Shown piece after piece: positions 1-13,044 of a stretch of DNA of 64,000 nucleotides. Below the pieces are notes generated by a model. The model did not search any database, was not told where the DNA came from, and saw nothing but the letters and a program-made list of their open reading frames with translations. Location: assembly GCF_964204645.1 (NCBI RefSeq), contig NC_134032.1:14744275-14808274 (forward strand), given 5' to 3'. Each line of letters starts with the position of its first letter. Position 1 is the first letter of the stretch. This DNA is from Tubulanus polymorphus (taxonomy: Eukaryota; Animalia; Nemertea). Both the position numbers and the translations under genes were made by a program.

Positions 1-3000
1 ACTTGATATACATGAAATTATAACGATTAATTCTTATTGAAATATTTGGTCATTACAGGATATCTTCTTTTAATCATTGCAGCTAAATTTCAACTATGCG
101 AAAAAACCCAGCTTGAGATCAACTGCTCGTCCAAAATCGACCAACTTGAACAGCGCACAGATGAGGCCAACAGAATCGAACTTATTAACCCACCAACTTT
201 AGATGATCCACACTGATAACGAACCAAGCAATCAAAAGGTAACTTGATATACATGAAATTATTACGATTAATTCTTATTGAAATATTTTGTCATTACAGG
301 ATATCTTCTTTTAATTATTGCAGCTAAATTTCAACTATAAGAAGAAACCCAGCTTGAGATCAATTACTCGTCCAAAATCGACCAACTTGAACAGCGCACG
401 AGGCTTACAGAATCGAACTCATTAACCAACCAACTTAAGATGATCCACACCGATAACGAACCAAGGAATCATAAAAGGTAACTTGATATACATGAAATTA
501 TTACGATTAATTCTTATTGAAATATTTGGTCATTACAGGATATCTTCTGTTAATTATTGCAGCTAAATTTCAACTATAAGAAGAAACCCAGCTTGAGATC
601 AACTACTCATCAGAAAATCTACAAGTAGATGAATACTGATTGACCCATTTGCTGATGAAAACTGCAGAAGCCAAGATTAGAAGTTGAGGAGCCAGCAACG
701 GATTAATCACTCAACGAAGGATTCTTCTACAAACGGTGGTTGATTTCTATAGAATATTCTATCAGGAGCAGCAGAGACTATAGTGAATCTTATAAACACT
801 GATTCAGGATAAGCACTGTTTTAAAAGCAGCATAGACAATAGTGCATCTTATTAAGAGCAGCATAAACAATAGTGCATCTTATAAACACTGAAATCCAGG
901 AGCGGCAAAGACAATAACGGATTTCTGTCGTAAAGTATTGATTTTTTTACTTATCACCCTTTTTCAAACCAGTCTGATATAGTGTTTTAAAGGAAATTAT
1001 TTTATAATGTTTAATGCAATTTGAGAGTCTAATAAAAGCTAAGCTCCATTAATTCACGATATTGGTATTCGATCCTTGGTTGATAGAGAAGTCAAGTTAG
1101 GTTAGTCACTAGGGCTAAATGGTCGCGTCGAGCGCCTTGTTTGGGCTCGCAGGTCTGTTGAGTTAACTCCTAAACTGAGATATAGTTTCAACATGATATT
1201 GTGAGTTTAATCTTTAAAGCTTACCATTGTTTAAACATAGTCAACTATGACTATTTGTCTGTGGAGGTATCATATAGTTATGAAACATAGAACATAACGT
1301 TAGGCCAGTGTTGATGTACAAATATTAAGTATTTGCTGAATTGTAGGTGTATTAATTTGATGGATATATATTTTTGAAGGCCCATGTAACTGATTTCACA
1401 ATTGAATCGTATATGTCGATTTTCACATCGAGTTTTAACTTTGAGCCTCCATCAATCTGTTCGATGATCATAGCTAGTATTTGAAATCAAAAGCTTTATT
1501 TGAAAGGAGACCATTATTTACATTTGAGAGGTAAAGCTAGGAATAACAAGGCATAAAGTTATAGCTAGGACTAATTTTGAACGTTTTAACATTGTTTATA
1601 GCTGTTTGAACTTCTTTTATTGTAAGGGGTAAATCCATATCACAAGATGGCTCTCGTGAATAATCACTTAGCTTCAAATTGGGTGTATAATGATTATTAA
1701 GGAGTGGCAGTGAATCGGTAGTGCTTTTCTAAAATGGGCCCAGAAACTTTACAGTGAAAAAATGCCAGCAGTTGTAAATAGAGGAGTATAAATAATACAT
1801 AATACAAACTACAAGTACATAAATTAATAAAAAGATAAATAAAAAAAACCAATAAATAATAAGTAGTAAAAAATACAAAATACAAGTACATACATAAATA
1901 GATAATATTAAAAAATAGATAAAAATAATAAACAACAATACAAACAAACAACAATTAATATTCTATTTACATGAAAAGGCATTTTTTCAAATATTTATCA
2001 ACAAGGTTCTTCATTTATCGGACAACCTTCCCTAAGTATAGCGAAAACCCGAGATCTTTTCTGTTATTCAAAGCATTCTATCGGACTCAGTTATTGTAAT
2101 GAACAAAACAAATAACCATAAACCTTAACTAAATCGAACACGCTTAAGAAAATAACTGATATGATAGAATGCTTTGAATAACTGTGATGAAAGATCTACC
2201 GTCCTATGAACTAGCCGCGCTCAATCACTGCTGTGACTGTTTATTGTTATACTGGGGTTGACTTACTATCTAAAATCTGGTAAATACATTTTACTTTTAA
2301 AAGGAATGTAAAACAGCTATAAACTTATGTTATTGGTTATTGATTAGTTACCGATTGTATGATTATGTTGATGTTTTTGGAGCTGCCAGAAAAAAACATC
2401 AGAATACTTAGTATTTAATGCCAAGGTGCTTGGACATCTGTAAGTCAGGGCAAAGTAGGCAAAATTCTAGTTTTCTAGTGAAAGTAATGATTAGTTGATA
2501 CTTAGATTTCCAGAGTCAATCTGTATGTTCCATCTCTAGTTTTAATGCTCTATGTTGGAGACTGTTATTGTAACACATAACGCATGTTTGGAAATTAGGA
2601 ACTTGCAGGACGATTCCTCGTTTAATAAGATATAATTGTTGTGTGAATAAAACGATGTACATTTCCATCATTCATGTTGAAACTTTTAAGTTGTTAATTT
2701 CTATAGCAACAATTCCACTGTGGTGCTTTTCAGTGGTTCATAAAATACTGATAGAATGGAAGGAGCAGTTTCTTGATAGGCTAACTCGAGTATACAGTGC
2801 TAATTGGTCAATTGTCCTAGCTTTGTTTTGATTATCAGTTTAACCGCATCTGTGTGGGGCCTGTAATATCTGGACAAGAAGAATTTCTGATCTTTATATA
2901 GAGTTGTATTTATATCTGCTATCAAGTTGAGTAATACAAATTAAGAAGTTACCGTAGCTTCGTCAGTCAAACCATATTTATATGAAGATACTCGATTTAT

Positions 3001-3038
3001 CTTAGATCATCACGAAGAAAAACCTTTATAATAGTTTA

Positions 3039-3293
3039 CAGGGTTTGATCTGAGGAATAAATGCCACTTGACCTTGGGGCAAGCATATGTAATATCACTT
3101 GCCCCCTCAAAAATCAACTTGCCCTACATGAGTAGTCCGATTGAGACAAAATCATCCCTTGCATCGAGTGGGATAAAAGCTTTGAGATATAGAATTACAC
3201 GAGCCCGGTGGACGAGTGATTGTGATAACCTACATGCCCTAATGAAAATATACTTGTCCCGGGCAATTGGACTAGTGCTTAAATCAGACCCTG
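3039..3293. mobile_element. MITE with CAGGGT-terminated inverted repeats (second copy 31069-31323)
   Basis: CAGGGTTTGATCTGAG ... CTTAAATCAGACCCTG. Confidence 0.6.
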
Positions 3294-3405
3294 CTTTGTT
3301 TCAAATGTAACATTTGTGAAATAAGCTAGTTGATAATTAAAGAAATCTCTCAGACGAGGAAATTTTTCGCAATGGCTTTAGTTTTCTTGTAATAACTAAG
3401 AGTAA

Positions 3406-3570
3406 ATATAGCTGCATAGCAGCGATAACGGGTTTTCTGCACAGTCTTGAATCCTGTTCAACGGTGGATTTCGACAAAGCATTTGATAAGGTTCAACATC
3501 AGCCATTGCTAAACAGGCTATTAGAAAACGGTATCAATGATAGGTCGCTCAAATGGCTCAGCAGTTTTTT
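3406..3570 (+). mobile_element. LINE reverse-transcriptase fragment (CR1/L2-type)
   Basis: Translates VDFDKAFDKVQHQPLLNRLLENGINDRSLKWLSSF; flanked by 43-bp direct repeats. Confidence 0.8.
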
Positions 3571-5242
3571 CGCAATGGCTTTAGTTTTCTTGTAAGAACT
3601 AAGAGTAATTAGTTTACCTTATGCTTTCCAGAGTGAGTGAATTTGTAGGTTTTATGTTGAACTGTTTTTTAAATAACTCATTTAGCGGGGTATAATTGTT
3701 GTGAAAGAATAAAATGATATACATGTTTCGTCATTCATACTGTGCTGCTCATCAATGGTTCATAAAATACTATTTTCATTCAGGCCCTTATGGAAATTAG
3801 AGTAGCAAAATAGAGGAGCAGTCTCTTGATAAATGAGGATATATGAACAGTATTAATCAGTAGATTATGCTAGCTATGGACTCTAAAACCATGGTTTAAC
3901 AATGTGTATATGGGTTCTGAAATATCTGCACAAGAAGCACCTCAAAAAGTTATTTATTGAATCTTAACTTAATTGTAGCAAAGCCATTAGTTATTAGTAA
4001 TTGCCCTAGCTCTATTCAAATTGGCAGTTGAACAATATTTATATACTCGATTTATATGCTCTTGTTGAATGCATAGAAGAGAATACCTCAAAAATACTTT
4101 GCATTAAATGTAACATTTGAGAAAATAACCAATTAGATAATGTCTTGAAACCTCTTAACGACAAGGCAAAGTTGGCAAAGCTATCTTGTAAAAAAATGTT
4201 CATGAAAATCAAATCAAAAGACTGTTTAGTTAAACTTATCTTAAGCTTTCCAGATTGAATTTGTGGTTTCATCTCCGGTTATAATGTTTTTATGTTGGAG
4301 ACTTTTTTTGATATACAGGTCACGTTTTTGTAAATGACTGAGGCACTTCATCGAGTACATAAATACCTGTCATTTAGGTATAATTATTGTTGTGGAGATC
4401 AAATAACATGTTCATGTCAATTGTTCATAAAACGTTTTTATTTATTAAGGTCCGAATAAAGTTGAGTTTTTTCTCGATGAATGAGATGTCCTCAATCAAT
4501 GTCATTTGAAAAGTTGACATGATAGATTTATATTTCATGAAATATAACAAAGTGATGGTTATATTGACCTCATGAATTGTCAAATTCATAATCTTAGACT
4601 AGTCCAATTTTCGGTTTTTTATGGATCAAAGTTTATAATTCTTTGTGTATTTTTGTTATTTTCTTATTGATGCAAATTGTATAAATCAGCTGTAGTGGAA
4701 ATGTATTGTATATTAAAACTTCAAAATACCTTACATGTAACTTTGTTTTAAGTAAGTACAATTTCATACATAGTAATAGAAATAAAATTACTATTAAAAT
4801 TTGAGAAAATAAGCTAAAAGTTAATGACATGATATGATGTGTGAAAATAAAATGATGTAAGAATGTAAATCAGATTGATTACTTAATCCTACGCTTTCCA
4901 GAGTATTTGGCCAGGTTTATCTCTGGTTTTAGTGTGGGGGACATGGACAATTGAGTCCATGGTGGTTTTTTCTGCTTAAGCCCCTGTGTTTTATTCTTGC
5001 AATCTTCTTTTTTAGATAGATTTGTTGAGATTGCCAGATGGCGCGTAAAATCAAACAGTTTCTGTCTATGCCTTACTATTTTACTATCACTAGTGTTAAT
5101 TGATAGTATTTTTATCGGGTCAAGTCATAACAATGTTCATGTCAGGGAACTAGTCAGGGGGAAAATAAAAATAGGGGGTTAGATAAAAGTGGTCATCCTG
5201 ATCGTCAGTAAATCTTCTTTCTCAAGATATCTTATCAGTTTA

Positions 5243-5529
5243 CCCTTTCAGTGCGTCTACAGCGCAGTGCGGTGTATAAATCAGTGATAGATTTTGCTAG
5301 TACACCGCACTGCGGTGTATTGATGTAATTAGTAATTATTTTTATCTCTATTGAAAGATGGCAGCACCTGTCAAACATAGTGAAATACTAGTAACTAACG
5401 ATACACCGCGCCGCGGTGTAGACACACTATAGTGGTATTCCCGTTATTCAACACACTAGGGTGGAATTTTTCAGAATTTTCAAATTAGCTCCAGCACTAT
5501 AGGGTATTAATAAGTCGGCACTGAAAGGG
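5243..5529. mobile_element. piggyBac-like MITE
   Basis: TIRs CCCTTTCAGTGC/GCACTGAAAGGG flanked by TTTA/TTAA. Confidence 0.7.
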
Positions 5530-5562
5530 TTAATAGTTAGTAATTTTAAATTTCTCGTCTAG

Positions 5563-8500
5563 GATATCGTATCGGTAAAGGAGATGGATTCTTCGATCTG
5601 GAATATGCGATGATGAGATCGGTTGGCGCCGTCACCGACAGCACTCCGATCGTTACGACCGTTCAGGATTTCCAGGTGTTCGATTTACCCGAGTCGATAT
5701 TCAGCGAACACGACATCCGGGTGGATTACGTCATCACTCCGACGCAAGTTATACAATGTGGGTACGTATTACGTTACACAACCACCAGATGGCGTGGCCG
5801 TTTACCGGGGCAAATCGGGGGAAGTCTGTCAGTGAATTTTCTTTTCTCTAAAAAAAAGTCCGAGAATAGTCTGGGAATTTTGTATAAAAAAGCTAAAAGT
5901 CTGGGGCCAGTTGCTCAAATGTTGGTTAGAGTTAATCAGTGGATAGTTGATATGGTGACAATTGAAATTTCATTATTACTATAGTAACGGCCGGTTATCT
6001 TTAACCAACTTTTGAGCAACTGGCCACAGATAGATTTGTTGGGATTGGTAGATCGTGGGTAAGATCTAACATGTCTGTGTCTTGTGTAAATTGATTGGAT
6101 TCTTAACAGATCGGATCAGGGGGAAAATGCGCATGTCAGAGAATAGTTGGGGGTAGTAGTGGCCACCCTGGCATGATAGGACATGGCTGATTTTTTATTT
6201 TCGAAAAAAGAATTTGACAAGTCACGTCTCAAAAACTCGTGTCATCGTCCGTCAAGTCGGTACGCTAGCGTCACCTGGTTGCACCATCGGTTGCCACAGT
6301 TGACTGCGGAGTCCTCGTCGTTGAATTCAAGAAAATGAGAATTTGAAATAGAAGTGTTCGTGTGTTAACAATGGATTGTATTTTGATTGCGTTTATTCTG
6401 TAGGAAACATACCCAACCCCGGGCCATCAACTGGTCTCTATTGACGGAGGACCGTCTGAATCGAATCCCGGTGCTCAAAAAGCTGCGTCTGTTTGAACTG
6501 AAGGCCGGTAAAGATGTCCGTCTCAAGGACGAAGAAGAGGTCAGTTACGTTCTTCAAATTTTACTTAACCCATTAGCACTCAAGCCGCCCGTGTACGCCC
6601 TGCAAATTACTCCTCAAGCCGAAGGTATCCGCCCTGTGTATTACTTCACAAGCCGCCCGAATCCGCCCCGGCACCTTTTTCGTATGCTGCACGAAAACGG
6701 TTATAGTGGGATTCGAACCCAATAGGTTATGATAAACTTCACCCAGCACTGGCAGCGGTTGTCTCCACCAGTGATCTCCGTCGCTCTACGATCCTAGTGT
6801 AACCAACTGTGGTACATCAGACACTAAGATTCTTGGTGAATGATAAACTAGACACCCGAGTCCTGGAAATACCGTACAGAAAACAACATCCTCCTATTTG
6901 AAATTCTCCAGTATTTGGTGTATTAGTACAGAGGGTTTAGATGTTGATAAGATAAGATAATTTCATTACTCTCTCGTAGTTTCCATGGTATCTGATGGAG
7001 GGAACGATAATTTTGTTTATAAATATTCGGACGTATTAAGAGATATATAACTAACAATATAAACGAGGTTATTTACTCTGTATACAAATACGTGTATTAT
7101 TTACGATACGCTAAAAGGGGGGATCTATCTCGGCCATCTTGAATACATTGTCGTTCCATTCGATCTGCGTGTAAAAAAGTGAAAAGTATAAATCTGGTGC
7201 CGATTAGCACACTTGACGTCATCTTTACATTCTGGGACCAGTACCACTGTTCTGTGTTAAGATTTTGACTCAAGAGTTAACTCATTGAAAATGAAATAAC
7301 TTCAACTCAGAGTTAACTCTAACTCACAACTGTGGAGCTGGATCCTGAGTTCAGAGTTAACTCTTACTCACAACTGTGGAACTGGGTCCTGTGTTCAGAG
7401 TTAATTCTAACTCACAACTGTGAAACTGGATCCTGAGTTCAGAGTTAACTCTTACTCACAACTGTGGAACTGGGTCCTGTGCTTTACTAAATTTGGAGTT
7501 TTCGATATGTTGAACTTTGTTTAAATTTGGTATATCTGGCGGCAAATTCATTAAGTTGGGATGTGTCAATGTTGATGTTTTCAGGCGCCATCTGTTGAGA
7601 AGTTACAAGAAGAAGCAGATGGAATAAACGACGACGACGAGAACGAACCCCCGAATTATTACCGCAGGCGCCGTCGTTATAGGAAGTACGTTTTATTAAC
7701 ACCAGGGGGCGCTGGGTAGTGCATTGTAATCACAAGAGGGTGGGCGGACAGTGCAGAGGATAACAATTCAAACTTAACTGTTTTAGGCTTCAACTTTTTC
7801 GTGAAACTGGGCCCTGGGGCGGGTAGTGCGTTTTATCAACACCAGGGGGCACTCATTCATTAATGTGCCTTGTGTTCAGATTTTAAAGTATTAACGTTGT
7901 TTTTATTTCGTGCAGCGATTATTCGAACTACAGAAGAAGAGATCGCAGACCGAACTCCGAAGGAGGCGACGGAAGTCAAGTCGAAGAGGGAGGTAGCCCG
8001 TCTCGAGGTGGCAGCAGCGGAGGAGCAGGTGGCGCCACCGATAAAGATGGCCGCGTTAAACGTCGTTTCGGTCGTCGTAGATTCAGCCGTCGCAGACGCA
8101 GAACCAACTCTAACAAAGTACGTGCGAACTCTCCTCCCTCACCACACACACACGTGTAACTCATTTCTCATTCACCCTCTCCCCTCACTCTCTCACCCTC
8201 ACTCTCCCTCTCTCACCCTCTCTTCTCACTCTCCCCCTCACTTTCACCCTCTCCCCTCACTCTCCCCATCTCTCACCCCCTCCCTCTCCCCCTCTCTCTC
8301 ACCCTCTCCCCCTCTCTCTCACCCTCTCCCCTCACTCTCTCACCCTCTCCTCTCATTCACCCTCTCCCCCTCACTCTCCCTCCCTCTCACTCTCTCCTCT
8401 CTCTCACCCTCCCCTTACCGCTTCGAGAATGCTCTGGTTATTCATGATTATAGAAAAAATTGAGAAATTGCAAAGCGTTGATTTGAAAAAAAAACGATCT

Positions 8501-9179
8501 CATTGAATCAATTTCATTTTTTTGTGAATCAATTTTTCATTGTGAATGAAGCGTTGTGAGAGATATCAGACGTCGAAAGTGAAATAATAATTGTTGATGT
8601 ATTTTATTTCAGGAGAATGATGAAACTGGAGGATCCGAAGGAGAACGAGTCGAAGGAGAGGAGGGCGAGAAAAAAACCGACCGTCGTCGCAGACCGTTCC
8701 GTCGTCCTAATCGTCGCGGTAACAGCCAGACGGAGGGCGGTAACAGCGATTCGGCCGGCGACGGTGAATCGCCGAGCGGTGCAGGTGGCGCCGGCGGTCG
8801 ACCGCAGCGTCGCTTCCCGCGTACGCGCACGTATTCGGTGTACGTCGGCGGTCTGCCTCCGTCTCTACGCGTCAGCCATTTTAAGAAGGAGGTCCGCAAC
8901 AAAGACGTCAACCCGATACAGGTCGTGTGGCACGGCAACAACGGTCACGCGTTCCTCGTATTCATGGGCGAGGACGAGGCTAACTCGGCGCTCGATCGAC
9001 TCGGAGACTTCGAGATCACCAACGACAAGGGTAAGAAGAAACTGCGTATCGAGGTAGCGAACCGGAGTCGTCAGGGCGGCGGCGGCGGCGGTACGGGAGG
9101 TAAGTCTCGCGGAGGCGCGGGAGGTGAAAGCGGCGACGGAGGCGACGAGGCGACCGGCAGCGGTCACGACGACAACTAA
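5563..9179 (+). CDS. MTHFSD: Methenyltetrahydrofolate synthetase domain-containing protein (Lost-like RNA-binding protein), 3' part; 5' exons not in window
   Basis: GT-AG exons 5563-5761, 6404-6539, 7585-7685, 7916-8117 and 8613-9179 join in frame. They encode YRIGKGDGFFDLEYAMM..HDIRVDYVITPT (5-FTHF cyclo-ligase C-terminus), an Arg/Gly-rich linker and a C-terminal RRM (VYVGGLP..GHAFLVF). Stop TAA ends at 9179. Confidence 0.9.
7233..7480. mobile_element. GGACCCAGTTCCACAG-TIR MITE family with internal ~41-bp repeats; other copies ~52156-52266, 52466-52775, 57294-57392, 59429-59529, 41900-42085
   Basis: Shared TIR and GAGTTAACTC palindromic core across six loci. Confidence 0.75.
8134..8416. repeat. 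CT-rich low-complexity tract
   Basis: CTCTCACC/CTCTCCC reiteration in an MTHFSD intron; a similar tract occurs at 63850-63950. Confidence 0.85.
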
Positions 9180-12100
9180 ACTAAACATCGTTCATCACGC
9201 GACCGGCTTTTGACTAATAGATGGCAGCACATGTATTTTTGATTGGTGCTTCGTATGAATGTTTCATTTCGTTTAAAGTACATATAACCCCCCTTTGTGT
9301 GCGTCCAAATTCGAGGCCGTTTTTTTTTTTTTTCTTTTTAAAATTAATTTCAAATTTAGAAACGGCGACAACAACAGGTTGTTACGTAAAATTGTAAAAA
9401 TGTAGCGCGGCATATTTTATTTCCTTGCATGGTTTCGGTTTTTGCATTCGGTTAGCGCGCGCGCGTGCAATATTTCGATATATTTAGTTCAGTTTTTTGA
9501 TTTCAATCGAGAATTTAACATGAATTCGAAAAGCAACGACGTCTTAACGCGATATTTCGTTTCTAATAAAAAATTATATTTTTATTAATATCGGTTTTTA
9601 CTCCAAATTTTGAAATGAAAAGAAAATGAAAAATCAAAGAAAATAAAAAGAAATCTGATACGATTTTGAATGATTGTTTTTGACGATTGGAGAATTTTAA
9701 AAAGAATTAATTGATTTAAAAAAAAATGTTACGTCGATTTAACGAATCTTTATTTGTTGGTTTTTACTACAAAAAAGAAAGAAAATTTACCCCCAAAAAA
9801 AAAGGAGGAATCACGTTTGTGTGTGTGTTGACTTTTTAGTAATGTTAATGATATATAGGGGGCAGTGTTTTCAGAGTACGGGGAGCGGGCTCTTACCCGC
9901 CACCCCGCCTCCCCCTGCGCCGGTTACCGAATGGCGTACTACCATCAAAATTTGTAGTTATGATTTTGGAGTTTCATTAAACATTGAACCAACTGACGAG
10001 TTTGTGTTCTGTCAGTTCAGGCGTGTATATGGTGTTATTCTAGCCTGGATTATAATATTGTCTCTAAATATTTATTGATTTTTCCGATTGTGTCATGTTT
10101 GTCGGTCGTTTGATATATCAATAACAGATTTGATATATCGTTAACTAATTTGATATATCGTTAACCGCTATGATATATCATCAATAACTAATTCGATATA
10201 TCATTAACTAATTTATTCGATGAATGAATTTTTCCCGTGTAGTTTTTACGCGTGTTTTTTCCTGCGCGTATTTTTGTTCAATCTCGCGCGTGCCGGTCGA
10301 TGTTACGGAAATGATGGTTTCCACGACGACGGGCGCACGCGCATGCGTAAGAAATTTACGCCGAAAATTATTGTTGCAGTTTTGTTTCTGTTGGTTTAAC
10401 TCTGAATTTAATAATAATAATAAAAAAAAAGAAAAAACCCCTGAACAATAAATAAATCCCAGCAAATAGAACTCGATCTTTTTGAAAAATAATCGTAATC
10501 GTTTCGATGAGTTGTTTTCTCTTGACCTGTCGAAGTTCACCGAAGTTCGTTCTGCTCTGAAAAATGCCCTCGGAATTCAAATTCGGAATAAGAAAAACGA
10601 TCGAGTATTTTTTTAATCAGAATTCGGAATTTCGTTTAATTTCGCTCAGGCACCTCTGAGAAATATTTGATTTTGCTGATTGTAACTTCGATGATGGCAT
10701 TTATGAACATTAATGAATTTGAAAGCGTCTTTTCGTTTTGACTGGAATTTGAAGGCTTTATTCTCGAGTCTCGGCTCTGCTTTATAAGAATGGAAAAAAG
10801 AGAAGAGGAAAATCCTGTTTTTTTTTTGTCACTTTGAATTACGAGAAAAAGATGGGAGTGTATTTAAATGTTTAAAAAAAAAACCCAGCATTATTATACC
10901 CAAGAATCGGACGTATAAACTATAAATAATATTTCCATGTTCCAAGTTATCATTTGCCTTGTGTTTGATTTTACAGAGAAACTGGGAATTTTTGCACGTA
11001 ATGTAAATAATTGATAATGAATTATCATTTTTCCGAGCTGGTCTCCACCGCTGCCCTCTGGTGTCTCTCGCGAGCGAACTTCGGTTTTCGTAGTCCAGTC
11101 TCTGAACGACGGTGGTAGCGACTGATAATAGTTTCCGAAGATGGAACGCGATAATCGAAGTTCGTTCGTCCGCTATTGTAAAATCGTATTTCTTCTTAAT
11201 TATCTACTGCTGTAACTACCTATCAGACCACTAGGTGGCGACACCTGACGATTAGAAACATCGAACTTTCGTAGAGAAATCTGGCTTCGATTTTACCGCT
11301 CACTAGAATACGACCTTGAACTCTTTGACTATCGACTGCTTGCGGTTTTTAAAAATCGCGTAACTTTCGGGGAATCCCTGGCGTGTTCATCTTCCCGCTC
11401 ATTTTTTGGTGGTACGGTTTCTAAAAATAGTTCATTTTCTCCGCGATCGTTTATTATTATAATTATTAGATCATCGTAAAAACTTTGTTCATTTTTGCAT
11501 ATCATTTATTTTTTCTACGTAAAACTCTTATTGCCGCGGGCGACAGTTTATGTCGTTCATTTTACGTTTCGAAGGACGGAAGAAAAGCTTTAATTTGTAA
11601 CAAAAAAGGCTGAAAAATATATTGAATGATCAATTTTCGAAATACCAAACAAATGACTTAACAGCAGTGAATCTCGTGCTTCAGTTGTCATCAGAGATGT
11701 GTCTTTGTTTTTGAGTACAAATTTGTATTTCTAATTCAAGCTCTTTCATCAATTACTAGTGGCATTAAACTCATCTACAAGTATATTATAATTATTATTA
11801 TTATTATTATTATTATTATCATTACATAAAAATAATATGTAAATAGTATTTATGATCAAAAAATTTATAGAAATAAAAATATAATTATTAATTAATTATA
11901 ATTACAATGCTAACGTAGTGAAGCGAGAGTGAGTTTTTTTTTTTTTGTTATAAAAAGTGTGCAAAGTTACTTTTTATAGGGGGCGGGCGGGGAATAGATT
12001 TTTAGAAAACGTTCACTTTTTTTCCCAGTTAGAGAAGGATATTTCTGAAGTTTCCCTAAATTAGTTTCTCATCGGCAAATCGAGTACTTAACAAAAAAAA

Positions 12101-12824
12101 AACGATACAAACGGATTTTTCTGATTTCGTCAGGAATCGATGAATCGAATATTCATTTCATGTGACAACTACTCAAAATCTGATGCGTTGCGCAAAAAAA
12201 AAACCCGAAGCTCGTATTATTAAAACGGTCTAAACTCGGATAAGTCGTCAAATAATTGAAGTCATTACGATTTTTAAAACCGTTTCTAATTCAATTTACT
12301 AAGTTTAAGTCGTCAATTGGATTTATAAGTCGTCACATCTCTCGAGTTAACTCTATTTTTGAGTCTCAATTTCTATTTCTAATTCAATTTACTAATTGTA
12401 AGTCGTCATATTACTGAAGTCGTCATTATTTATGAGTCACAAAGTTTGTATTTCTAATTCAAATTACTAATTGTAAGTCGTCGTTTGAATAAGTCATCAA
12501 TTTTAATGACCGTCCCGAGAGCTATGACGACCGAACTGATTTTGATTGTTCCGGCTTCGACCGCGTTACGTTGTTGAAAATAAAGGTAAAAGTTTTCATC
12601 GAATGTTTTAAATGTTGAAAAAAAAATTGTTGTAAAAAAAGACGAGAAATTTTTTTTCGATTCGATTCGATTGAAAACGAATGAATTTTAGAAGACGGGG
12701 ATTTGATTAAATGATTATTATTTTCACGAGAGAAACAAACTATGCAGTTACTGTAATGATATTCAGATAAATAAAAACTTGTAAAAATTGAAAAACATCG
12801 GTAATCGTTTATTATTCTTTGTTA

Positions 12825-13044
12825 GGCTAAATAAAAATGATACCTAGTTTCTCCGCAGCGGCCGGGTCAATTTTATAAAATATGATAAAATTTATAAACA
12901 GTTCATTTCTATAGCGGCCGGGTCTGTTATGGTGAAATTGATCACGATTTAAAAAAAAGTAATGTATAGGGTAGATAGGCGGCCGGCCGGGTCAACATTT
13001 AAGCTCAGCAGAGCGGAGAAACAAGGTATCAATTTGTTTTAGCC
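12825..13044. mobile_element. MITE with TTA target-site duplication (PIF/Harbinger- or Zator-like); short copy at 44227-44315
   Basis: TTA-GGCTAAA...TTTAGCC-TTA at both loci, with shared internal sequence. Confidence 0.75.

Larger units (their letters stand above)
1..4963. repeat. Segmental direct repeat, copy A (continues off the window)
   Basis: Near-identical to 28084-32719 (offset 28083 at the start), with small indels. Includes 2.5 units of the ~240-bp array. Confidence 0.95.

Noticed and set aside
1697-1954. Hydrophobic minus-strand ORFs (also 29774-30060)
   Set aside because: Artefact of A-rich low-complexity sequence.
7870-9188. Overlapping ORFs 7870-8463, 8609-8941, 8617-9057, 8865-9188
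   Set aside because: Shadow frames of GC-rich MTHFSD exons and a CT microsatellite.
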